From IMG/VR virus record IMGVR_UViG_3300045391_005035: a DNA stretch of 23,114 nt, one strand, 5' to 3'. The stretch comes from a virus. Position numbers and translations under genes: made by a program. Each line of letters starts with the position of its first letter. Within the stretch, counting starts at the first letter, position 1. The notes below the pieces were generated by a model, which was not told the origin of the DNA, made no database searches, and saw nothing but the letters and a program-made list of their open reading frames with translations. Below are positions 1 through 7,123 of this stretch, piece after piece.

Positions 1-159
1 TACCAGACCGAGAACTCGAAGGCGCCTCACTACGCGCCCGCTGTCTGCGCGTGCGGCGTCACGCTGATGCCCGAGAGCAAGCAGTCCAAGCGGTTCTCGG
101 CGCGAGCGATCTGCTCCGCATGCTTCGTCGGCATGACGGCCCCGCCGGGGTCGGCGTGA
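1..159 (+). CDS. 3' end of a small Cys-rich (Zn-finger-like) protein, 5' truncated
   Basis: Frame 1 is open from base 1: YQTENSKAPHYAPAVCACGVTLMPESKQSKRFSARAICSACFVGMTAPPGSA*. CxC and CxxC pairs; its TGA overlaps the next GTG (GTGA 156-159). Confidence 0.7.
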   Translation, partial: YQTENSKAPHYAPAVCACGVTLMPESKQSKRFSARAICSACFVGMTAPPGSA

Positions 160-914
160 GCGACGACTTCCACACGTGGGATCGCGAAGCGCTCGGCAAG
201 CGCGTGCGTGAGGTGTGGGTCGAGTGGGCCAAGAAGCAGCCCGACCCGAAGCCGTCGTGGCTCGTGACGTGGGACGATCTGGACGAGGGCGACAAGGAGG
301 TCGACCGCCAGATCGGCGAGACCATCGCCAAGGAGAGCAACGCGAAGCTCGAAGCTGACTTCGACGAGCTGGAGAAGGACTACGACGAGCTGGATCTGGA
401 CAACAAACATCTGCGTCGTGTCGACGTCAGCTTGAAGGAGCAGATCATCGGCCTCGAAGCGGAAGTTCGGCGCGTGCGGAGCGAGCGCATCGCCACCTCC
501 GGGCTCCTCGCGTTCGCTCTCGTGGCCCTCGGGTTCTTGTGTTGGTACGCCTGGACGCTCCCCGTCCCCGTCGAATCCCCGCCGCCGCCAGCTCCAGTCG
601 AGTGCCCGCCGGTCGAGGAGTGCGAGGAGTGCGCCGAGTGCGCGGTGGAGGTGCCGCCCACGGTCGGAATGAGTCCGCACGGGTACCACAGCGCCGATGG
701 CCAGCTCCACGACTGGCCGAGTCCTGGCGACTACGAACCGGACCAGTTCGTCGAGGACTGCCATGCGGTCTGCCAGGTTCCCTCGACGTTCGATCGCAAC
801 GCAGAGCCGGGTCGCGTTCTGCTTGTCGATCCGGCGCATCTGGTGTGCGTATGCTTCCACCGAAGCGGGACGTGGCCCGTCGAGCGCTACATCGGCTGGG
901 AGCGCATCTGGTGA
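156..914 (+). CDS. Single-pass membrane protein: N-terminal RyR-repeat-like motif, coiled coil, TM helix, Pro/Cys-rich C-terminus
   Basis: GTG start in GTGA overlap (ORF track starts at 51). PSWLVTWDDLDEGDKEVDR resembles the RyR repeat core (LVP[WY]xxLxExxKxxDR); TM GLLAFALVALGFLCWYAWTL; then SPPPPAP and CPPVEECEECAEC. Confidence 0.75.
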   Translation: MSDDFHTWDREALGKRVREVWVEWAKKQPDPKPSWLVTWDDLDEGDKEVDRQIGETIAKESNAKLEADFDELEKDYDELDLDNKHLRRVDVSLKEQIIGLEAEVRRVRSERIATSGLLAFALVALGFLCWYAWTLPVPVESPPPPAPVECPPVEECEECAECAVEVPPTVGMSPHGYHSADGQLHDWPSPGDYEPDQFVEDCHAVCQVPSTFDRNAEPGRVLLVDPAHLVCVCFHRSGTWPVERYIGWERIW

Positions 915-951
915 GCGACTGTCCGTCTTTCGCGGCGACGCCGAGGCCGCA

Positions 952-1530
952 ATGACCGTAGCGTCCGACCCGACGAAGCCGGTCTCGTGGCTCCTGTGCC
1001 GCAACAGCACCGGCGCCCTGCGGCTCCACGCGTTTTCTGACTCGACGTACGGGCCCCTGTGCGGCAAGGCCGACCGATCCAGCGTCTCCGTCCGCGTCAG
1101 GCGCTCGAAGCTGGAGGGTCGTCGCTGTGCCCTTTGCTCGCGCGTGCAAGAGGCATTCGGTCTGTCGACCGAGCATCCGTGGCGTCATCCGCCAACGGTC
1201 GCAAAGTTCTGGGCCAAGACGATCAGGAAGCCGAATGGATGCTTAGAATGGACCGGTCGCATGCGTGGCTCGAAGCGAGAGAAGTACGGCGGCTTCTCGA
1301 TCACCAACTTCGGTCCAGGACCGCGCCAGGTCGACGTGCCGGCGACGCATTTCGCATTCGCCACGCGAGCTGACCGGTGGCCGGTGCCGTGTGCGCTCCA
1401 CAAGTGCGACAACCCGCCGTGCGTTGACCCGGACCACCTGTTCGAGGGCACGCAGCGCGGCAACATCCGCGACATGATCAACAAAGGGCGCCGGGGCAGA
1501 CCGTTCCCTGGTTCGAGGTCTGTGAAATGA
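952..1530 (+). CDS. HNH endonuclease (phage HNH_3/homing type) with N-terminal Zn-binding segment
   Basis: FWAK..GCLEWTG..YG..H..LHKCDNPPCVDPDHLFEGTQRGNIRDM; ATG 952 follows GAGG; N-terminal H..C..CALC. Confidence 0.88.
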   Translation: MTVASDPTKPVSWLLCRNSTGALRLHAFSDSTYGPLCGKADRSSVSVRVRRSKLEGRRCALCSRVQEAFGLSTEHPWRHPPTVAKFWAKTIRKPNGCLEWTGRMRGSKREKYGGFSITNFGPGPRQVDVPATHFAFATRADRWPVPCALHKCDNPPCVDPDHLFEGTQRGNIRDMINKGRRGRPFPGSRSVK

Positions 1531-2318
1531 GCACATTTCGTCTGTACCAGGGTGATGCGGTGGACCTGATGCGGTCGCTGCCTGACGCGTCGATCGACAT
1601 GGTCGACGTCGACGTTGCCTACGAATCTCTCGAAAAACACCGCGCCGTTGGGACGACCACGCGTCTCAAGAAGAGCGCTGCGTCGTCGAATGATTGGTTC
1701 GAGCTGTTTCGCAACGATCGCTTCCCCGAGTTCTTCGAGCAGGCGTTCCGCGTGCTGAAGAAGAACACGCACCTTTACTTCTTCTGCGATCGCGAGACGT
1801 CCGACGTAGCGATCCCGGTCGCGAAGGCTGCCGGATTCACGTTCTGGAACGACCTCGTCTGGGTGAAGACGAAGGGTCCGACGACGGCCGACTCGCTCGA
1901 CAAGGCGGCCATCAAGATCGGGATGGGCTACCACTACCGCCGCTGCAAGGAGCTGGTGCTCTTCTTCGAAAAGGGGAAGCGGAAACTCAACGACCTAGGC
2001 ATCGGCGACGTGCTGCCGTTCCCGCGCGTGAACAACGGTTACCCAACCGAGAAGCCTGTCGACCTGCACAAGGTACTCATCGGGCAGAGCACCGCCCCCG
2101 GCGAGATCGTGCTCGACCCGTTCATGGGCAGCGCGAGCGCCGGCTCGGCGGCGATCCGGCTCGGCCGATCGTTCATCGGCGGCGACATCAAGGAGAGCGC
2201 GGTCACGCTCTCGCGGCAGCGCTGCCTCGGCGCGGGCGGCAAGGAGGACCCGACGCTCGGGCTCGTGCAGTCCGCGGCTCCGCCGGAGCCCGAGATCGAC
2301 CTGGACGACCTCGTATGA
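1527..2318 (+). CDS. N6-adenine/N4-cytosine DNA methyltransferase, beta class
   Basis: LYQGDA..L..LPDASID, motif IV position DVAY, YPTEKP, motif I VLDPFMGSAS, GRSFIGGDI; motif IV before motif I gives beta order. Confidence 0.9.
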   Translation: MSTFRLYQGDAVDLMRSLPDASIDMVDVDVAYESLEKHRAVGTTTRLKKSAASSNDWFELFRNDRFPEFFEQAFRVLKKNTHLYFFCDRETSDVAIPVAKAAGFTFWNDLVWVKTKGPTTADSLDKAAIKIGMGYHYRRCKELVLFFEKGKRKLNDLGIGDVLPFPRVNNGYPTEKPVDLHKVLIGQSTAPGEIVLDPFMGSASAGSAAIRLGRSFIGGDIKESAVTLSRQRCLGAGGKEDPTLGLVQSAAPPEPEIDLDDLV

Positions 2319-2860
2319 CGCCGCTTGTCCAACGCGCCATCGACTTCGCGACGAAGGCTCACGCCGGTCAGCTCCGCAAAGGCGCCGGCGACCGCCCGTA
2401 CATCGTTCACCCGCTGAGCGTGATGAACCGCTTGCGGCGCCACGGCGTCGCGGACGAGGTCACCCTGGCGGCAGCGGTGCTTCATGACGTCGTCGAGGAT
2501 TGCGCCGTGCTTCCGGAGATACTGGAAGCCGAGTTCGGTGGGGCCGTCGCGAGCGTAGTCGTCGAGGTGTCCGATCCTCCGGGTCTCTCGAAGAACCAGG
2601 CGAAGAAGCGCCAGCTCGCGCACGCGCCGACGATGAGTCTGCGCGCCAGGCTCATCAAGATCTGCGACAAGACCGACAACGTCGACGACGTCGGCAAGCA
2701 CCCGCCTGGATGGGCTCCGGCCGCGATTCGCGGGTACGTGGAGTCGTCGCGCGCGATCGTGCTCGCACTCGGTCTCGATGCGCCGGCATACTCCGGGCTT
2801 CAGCAGGATTTTCGCGAGGCGGCTCAACGCGCCCTGGAGAGCATCGAATGCGCATCGTGA
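2315..2860 (+). CDS. Stand-alone RelA/SpoT-type HD hydrolase (Mesh1/small alarmone hydrolase-like)
   Basis: AIDFATKAHAGQLRK, PYIVHP, AAVLHDVVED, IKICDKTDN; ATG in ATGA overlap with the MTase stop; no synthetase domain. Confidence 0.92.
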   Translation: MTPLVQRAIDFATKAHAGQLRKGAGDRPYIVHPLSVMNRLRRHGVADEVTLAAAVLHDVVEDCAVLPEILEAEFGGAVASVVVEVSDPPGLSKNQAKKRQLAHAPTMSLRARLIKICDKTDNVDDVGKHPPGWAPAAIRGYVESSRAIVLALGLDAPAYSGLQQDFREAAQRALESIECAS

Positions 2861-3048
2861 TCAAGTCAGACACGGGACCGGACGTCGAGGTTCACGTTCA
2901 CTCGAACGGCACCGGGACCGTTCGCGTCGACGACTCGCATGCCGGCTCGTGCAAGTGGCACAAGGACGGGAACCGTCTCCTGCTGATCCTCTCGGACAAC
3001 CAGATCGGTCGTCGTGAGGGACTGACCTTCGAGTTCGACGACAAGTGA
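2848..3048 (+). CDS. Hypothetical 66-aa beta-rich protein
   Basis: MRIVIKSDTGPDVEVHV...FEFDDK; GGAG upstream; stop overlaps next GTG. Confidence 0.7.
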   Translation: MRIVIKSDTGPDVEVHVHSNGTGTVRVDDSHAGSCKWHKDGNRLLLILSDNQIGRREGLTFEFDDK

Positions 3049-3197
3049 CTCGCGAGCGGTACCACACCACGTTCGCGTACTTGTACGGCGCTCTCGCGTT
3101 TGGGTTCGCGGTGCTCCAGCCCAAGGGCTGGGAGCTGCTCGCGATCGTCGTCAGCGCGCTCTGCGCCGCGCACCTTCACGTTCTGGGATGGCGATGA
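3045..3197 (+). CDS. 50-aa two-TM-helix membrane protein (not in ORF track)
   Basis: MTRERYHTTFAYLYGALAFGFAVLQPKGWELLAIVVSALCAAHLHVLGWR*; GTGA overlap at the 5' end and ATGA overlap at the 3' end exactly fill the gap. Confidence 0.75.
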   Translation: MTRERYHTTFAYLYGALAFGFAVLQPKGWELLAIVVSALCAAHLHVLGWR

Positions 3198-3613
3198 AAT
3201 CGGTCGAGCGCCTCGCTGCCTTCGAGGAGACGCTGGCGAAGCTCACGAAGGAGCGCGATGGGCTCCAGCAGGCGCTGGGCGACCCGCTGCTCGTCACGTG
3301 GATCGCAGAACGCGGTCCGGTTCCACGACGCCTCTCCGCGTTCGAGCTAGCCACCGTCAAGCGCATCGCGGCGCTGGAGGCGAAGATCGAGCCGCTCGAA
3401 GACGAGTGCGAGGAGCTGCTGTCCGACGTCGTGTGCGCGCTCGCAGGCATCGACGGCGAGCCAGACGACCCCGAGGTGCTCCTTCGGGCCGCCTTGGTGG
3501 CACTGAATCTGCTCCACAAGAGGGGCGGTCCGCTTCCTGAGAGTCGCGCGGTGATGCGTGCGTTGCTGCGCTACCTCAAGAGTCTAGCCAACGACGAGGA
3601 GGACGATGCGTAA
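3194..3613 (+). CDS. Hypothetical helical/coiled-coil protein
   Basis: ATG 3194 in ATGA overlap; heptad-like LAAFEETLAKLTKERDGL and IAALEAKIEPLEDECEEL. Confidence 0.75.
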   Translation: MKSVERLAAFEETLAKLTKERDGLQQALGDPLLVTWIAERGPVPRRLSAFELATVKRIAALEAKIEPLEDECEELLSDVVCALAGIDGEPDDPEVLLRAALVALNLLHKRGGPLPESRAVMRALLRYLKSLANDEEDDA

Positions 3614-3800
3614 GCGAACTCCGATTCGAGAGCCCGTAGCGTTCCACATCGACCCCAAGCAGCTGGAGCAGCTGAACGCGCTGTCTCACGAACTGCGCGT
3701 GCCGCGAGCTGAGATCATCCGCACCGCGCTCGACATCTACCTGCGAGCTGTCGAGCGCGAGCGAGAGAAGAAGCGGCTCGAACGGTTCGCACACAAATAG
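3606..3800 (+). CDS. Ribbon-helix-helix (CopG/Arc-like) DNA-binding protein
   Basis: Strand VAFHID, helix QLEQLNALSHEL, helix RAEIIRTALDIYL; GAGGAGG upstream. Confidence 0.85.
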   Translation: MRKRTPIREPVAFHIDPKQLEQLNALSHELRVPRAEIIRTALDIYLRAVEREREKKRLERFAHK

Positions 3801-3802
3801 GC

Positions 3803-3842
3803 GAGCGCCCGGTCCAAGGAGGGGGGTGTGGACCGGGCGCTC
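3803..3842. terminator. 14-bp perfect hairpin between convergent genes (terminator-like, no U tract)
   Basis: GAGCGCCCGGTCCA-N12-TGGACCGGGCGCTC immediately after the RHH stop. Confidence 0.6.
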
Positions 3843-3902
3843 TGGTTGCCGACGCCGAAGGGGTATGAAGCGCCGCAACCTTTGAGCCCCCAGACTACAC
3901 GA

Positions 3903-5738
3903 TCATCGGCGCGGGCGCGAGGTCCGCTTCGAGGCTCGCTTCTTCGAGGCTCGCTTGCCTGTGTTGCGGTGCATGCCACGCGCGTCGATGACGTCGATGA
4001 TCTCCGCGGCCGACATGTCCCAGACGTGGTCGTTGGCCTCGCGCCAGTGGAGCGTGGATGCCGTTCGGCTGAGGCCTGAGTCTGGACCCTCAGCCCGCTC
4101 GACCTCTTCCACCATCTGCGGCGTCACGCGCCTCTTGCGCAGCTCGGCGGCCTGGTCGCCGTTCTCGATACCGGCTTCGTGCCACCTCGTCGCCTGCGGC
4201 ACCGAGAACCGGTGGATGAACCACGGGCCGACGTACCACTCGTCGTCGTCTGGGTCGGACGTGAACTCGGCCGCGAGCCATTCCTCGGCGGGGTAGAGCC
4301 ACTGGTTCTCTTCGTCGCCGTGGCCGCCCGCGTCCCAGCCCCAATCGTCGAACAGGATCGACTTGTACACCGGATGCGGCTTGTCCTTCGCAGGATCTTG
4401 CCAACGAGACCACGACGGAACCCGACCCTTCGGATCCTGCCCCGGGATCCGATTGTCCGGACCCGACACCGGCGCGAACATCTCCGTCTGCTCCGACGGA
4501 GGACGCGGAGGATCGCGCTGCGGCGCCAGCTCCATGAGCTTCAGGGTCATGTGCGCGATCTTGATCATCTCTTCGAGCTTCGACGGTACCCCACCGTTCT
4601 CGGTGATCTTGTAGTGGACGGCGTACGGGAACTTCACGTACTCCTCCGGCGTCACGTCGTAGGCGTTGAGAGATCCGGCCAACTCCGCTTCGCTGTACGA
4701 CAGCCCGTGCTTCATCCACTCTGCCGCGTCAGCCGCGCTCGCGGTGTTCTCGTCCCACTCCCGCGCGTACGATTCGAGGTACTCGTCTTCCGCGTCGATG
4801 CCGCCATGTTCCTCCATCGCGTCGACGTACGCTTGAAGGTGCGGTGAGATCTTGTTCGTCGAGATGTCGTTCTCTTCGAGCCACTCGTAGAACTCGTCGA
4901 CATACTTCTGGTACTTCGGCGCCGGCTTCTCGTTCTGCTTGCCCTGCGTTTGCTGCACTCGATCGTTCTTCACCTCGATGGTGACGTGCGGCTGACCCTT
5001 CGCGTCGCGCAGCGAGAAGATCGTCGTCCTGCTGGCGGCGACTTCGCGAGCGTAGCTTCCGACGCAGTGCTGCATCTTGTCGCCCTCAGCGTTGAGCTGC
5101 TCGGCGGTCGTGAGCTTCTGCGCCGTCCATCCGTCCGCTAGCTTCGCGACGACCTGGCCCTGTGGGACTGGACCTTCCTCTTCCTCCCAGCGCTGAGCTT
5201 CGTCCCATGCGGTGTCGAAGTCGTACTGACCGAGGTTTGGCCGCGTCGCCTCGTACCACTGAGAGAGCATCGTGCCGCCACGATGCATCTTACGAAGCGT
5301 TGTTCGATACTCGCGCAACATGTCGGACGGGTCGCTGACGGCGAGCGGCGTCTTCGGGTCCTGCGCCCGCACGAGCTGGTCGTACGACTTCGCGAGGTGC
5401 GTCGCCATCCACGGAAAGATCGGATCGGCGCGATGCCGCGCCTTGAACTGCGGCATCGTGGACACGAGGTCGACGGCTGCGGTGACGAAAGCTGTCGAGG
5501 GATCGTTGATCCCTGGGATGTGCGCGAGGGAGTTGGCGCCCCACTTGTCGAGATCGTCAGCGAACTGTGGATCGGCGTCCTTCACACGATCGCGCATCAC
5601 CTCGACCCACCGGTCGAGGCCGACGGTGTTGGCGACCACCGTGATCATGTCTCGAACGACGACGGGCTTCTTCGTGCCGTACGTCTTCAGGATGAACTTC
5701 AGGCGATCGTTCGTCGGATTCGGTGCGAGCTGCTGCAT
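3903..5738 (-). CDS. PcfJ-like domain protein with Trp-containing helical repeats and basic C-terminal tail
   Basis: LTTAEQLNAEGDKMQHCVGSY..IFSLRD..PHVTIEV..QTQGKQNEKP is the PcfJ signature; tail KRASKKRASKRTSRPRR. Confidence 0.85.
   Translation of the reverse strand: MQQLAPNPTNDRLKFILKTYGTKKPVVVRDMITVVANTVGLDRWVEVMRDRVKDADPQFADDLDKWGANSLAHIPGINDPSTAFVTAAVDLVSTMPQFKARHRADPIFPWMATHLAKSYDQLVRAQDPKTPLAVSDPSDMLREYRTTLRKMHRGGTMLSQWYEATRPNLGQYDFDTAWDEAQRWEEEEGPVPQGQVVAKLADGWTAQKLTTAEQLNAEGDKMQHCVGSYAREVAASRTTIFSLRDAKGQPHVTIEVKNDRVQQTQGKQNEKPAPKYQKYVDEFYEWLEENDISTNKISPHLQAYVDAMEEHGGIDAEDEYLESYAREWDENTASAADAAEWMKHGLSYSEAELAGSLNAYDVTPEEYVKFPYAVHYKITENGGVPSKLEEMIKIAHMTLKLMELAPQRDPPRPPSEQTEMFAPVSGPDNRIPGQDPKGRVPSWSRWQDPAKDKPHPVYKSILFDDWGWDAGGHGDEENQWLYPAEEWLAAEFTSDPDDDEWYVGPWFIHRFSVPQATRWHEAGIENGDQAAELRKRRVTPQMVEEVERAEGPDSGLSRTASTLHWREANDHVWDMSAAEIIDVIDARGMHRNTGKRASKKRASKRTSRPRR
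3927..3956. repeat. 15-bp tandem duplication encoding KRASK-KRASK
   Basis: CTTCGAGGCTCGCTT x2. Confidence 0.9.
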
Positions 5739-5747
5739 CCGAGGATG

Positions 5748-5957
5748 CTACCGCGACGAGACGTATGTCTCCACCAGGTCGGCCAGCTCCGCGTCCTCGA
5801 CGTAGAACGGCTCGACGATCCCGGCGTTCACGATGAGCTGTCCGAGACGCAGGTGGCGCCCCTTCGGCGACTTCCACGCCGCCAGCAGACGTTCGACGAG
5901 CGCTCGCTTCTCCTCGTCCGAGTGGGCTCGACCAGGAATGCGACGCGGCTCTGTCAT
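5748..5957 (-). CDS. Small phage-type protein (W-x-LRLGQL-x-PFYVED motif; possibly YihD/DUF1040-like)
   Basis: LLAAWKSPKGRHLRLGQLIVNA...PFYVEDAEL; ATG 5957 in ATGA overlap with the upstream stop. Family link is from memory. Confidence 0.7.
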   Translation of the reverse strand: MTEPRRIPGRAHSDEEKRALVERLLAAWKSPKGRHLRLGQLIVNAGIVEPFYVEDAELADLVETYVSSR

Positions 5958-6517
5958 CGACGACTCCTGTTCCACAACCACCAGGCGACCAAGCCGACCG
6001 CCACCACGCCACTGACGCCGATACCGATCGCCTGAAGATCCACGTCGCCCATCCCCCGCGCACCGACCATCTCGTGCATGCGCTCACGCGGCACGAACAG
6101 CGCCGACGGCGTCTGCGTCGCGAGCTTCGGTCCGATCCACTCGAACTCGCCCCACACGCCCGCTGGCTGCGCCGGCAGCGGAGGTCGCGCAGGCTCCGCC
6201 TTGCTCCACCCGGTGAACCTCCAGTTGCGCGGGTCGTCGCTCGCGCTCCGGTCGAGCAGATCTTGACTGCGACCAGTCGGCTGAGGAAGCGGCGCGCCTG
6301 GAGGGAAGTAGCGGCCGACGTGCTGTGGACCGCGTACGAGCTGCTTGAAGAAGTCGCCTGTGAGCTGCCAACCCGCACGTGGGTCGTAGACGGTCTCGAC
6401 GATGTCGCTGTCGGGGATCTGATGGAACCACACGCCGTCGCCGGCCGGCTGAAGCGGCGACGCGAGGCCGCGCTTCATGCGCTCGTCGATCGTGATGTAC
6501 GTGGGCATCATCGTCAT
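5954..6517 (-). CDS. C-terminally anchored membrane protein
   Basis: Ends GARGMGDVDLQAIGIGVSGVVAVGLVAWWLWNRSRR (TM helix plus basic stop-transfer); no N-terminal signal peptide. Confidence 0.75.
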   Translation of the reverse strand: MTMMPTYITIDERMKRGLASPLQPAGDGVWFHQIPDSDIVETVYDPRAGWQLTGDFFKQLVRGPQHVGRYFPPGAPLPQPTGRSQDLLDRSASDDPRNWRFTGWSKAEPARPPLPAQPAGVWGEFEWIGPKLATQTPSALFVPRERMHEMVGARGMGDVDLQAIGIGVSGVVAVGLVAWWLWNRSRR

Positions 6518-6533
6518 GATCGATCAGATCCTA

Positions 6534-6824
6534 CTACCGCTCGTCGCTCGGGTCACCGGGCAGCCGCTCGTGCTTGTCGGTGTCCTGACCAAACACGCCG
6601 GACATCGCATCGAGCGCACGATGCGCGTGGTCGCGCGCGAGGATCATCTCCTGCGCGGCGGTCCCCATCGCAGGCAACGCCGACTGCGAGATGCGCTCCT
6701 GCTTGCGCGCGTAGCCGCGGTAGAGCATCCACGCGCGACGCTCTTCGTCCGGCCACGACGCGCTTGCTGCATCGAGGACCGCTTGCGCCTTCGCAACGTC
6801 GGGTGGCATCGGTGCTCGCGGCAT
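6534..6824 (-). CDS. Hypothetical 96-aa helical protein
   Basis: Fits the - strand block without overlap; TACGCT lies 7 nt before the ATG. Confidence 0.65.
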   Translation of the reverse strand: MPRAPMPPDVAKAQAVLDAASASWPDEERRAWMLYRGYARKQERISQSALPAMGTAAQEMILARDHAHRALDAMSGVFGQDTDKHERLPGDPSDER

Positions 6825-6980
6825 GTCGCAAAGCGTAGCCGATGTGCGTCGCGGCAGCTTGCTTCACAAGACGCGTCGTGACGATACACGTAAGTGCCTG
6901 AACCCTGTGCGCACTTTCTCGTCACAGTTGAGACCGCTTGACGCAAGCCGGTCGCGCGGGTCATGGTCGCCCTCCAAACG

Positions 6981-7010
6981 AAAAAAGCCCCGGGACTAAA
7001 CCCGGGGCTT
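6981..7010 (-). terminator. Rho-independent terminator
   Basis: - strand reads AAGCCCCGGG-TTTAGT-CCCGGGGC-TTTTTT. Confidence 0.85.
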
Positions 7011-7088
7011 CATCGGCCGGATGGGGGAGTTAGCGCTCCAACCTCTGGCTGGTACCCGACCCAGGACGAGTGGATCGAGTGGTACTTG
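6981..7088 (-). ncRNA. Predicted ~108-nt antisense (counter-transcribed) RNA
   Basis: Bounded by promoter TGGACA-N17-TATGGT and an intrinsic terminator; folds by eye into three hairpins; no ATG-initiated ORF with a stop inside. Confidence 0.6.
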
Positions 7089-7094
7089 CGACGC

Positions 7095-7123
7095 ACCATA
7101 GGGCGCGGCTGAGCGCGTGTCCA
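7095..7123 (-). promoter_or_regulatory. sigma70-type promoter for the antisense RNA
   Basis: -35 TGGACA (7123-7118), 17-nt spacer, -10 TATGGT (7100-7095). Confidence 0.65.

Noticed and set aside
30-1067. Long alternative-frame and antisense ORFs here and throughout (e.g. 5283-6035, 10786-11898, 19592-20665)
   Set aside because: Arg/Ala/Pro-rich shadow ORFs typical of high-GC DNA that overlap better-supported genes
1694-2314. N-terminal extensions in the ORF track (1694, 697, 2500, 10362, 10934, 20739, 22459, 22665, 23057)
   Set aside because: They overlap neighbouring real genes; starts at stop/start overlaps or promoters fit better
952-2318. Type II restriction-modification pair (HNH + MTase)
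   Set aside because: The nuclease looks like the free-standing phage homing HNH type; adjacency alone does not show a cognate pair
3194-3800. Toxin-antitoxin pair involving the RHH protein
   Set aside because: The neighbouring protein shows no PIN, RelE, GNAT or other toxin motif
3828-4079. ORF after the AGGAGG in the hairpin loop
   Set aside because: The start lies within the hairpin, and the ORF runs antisense into the PcfJ gene with no protein-like features
6963-7112. 49-aa leader ORF MVALQTKKAPGLNPG...IGRG
   Set aside because: The frame is open, but there is no RBS, its ATG sits in the putative + strand -10 box, and KKAPG is just the reverse terminator translated. A leader peptide is not fully excluded
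6825-7116. tRNA or attachment site in the largest intergenic region
   Set aside because: No cloverleaf or T-loop GTTCRA pattern and no integrase in the window
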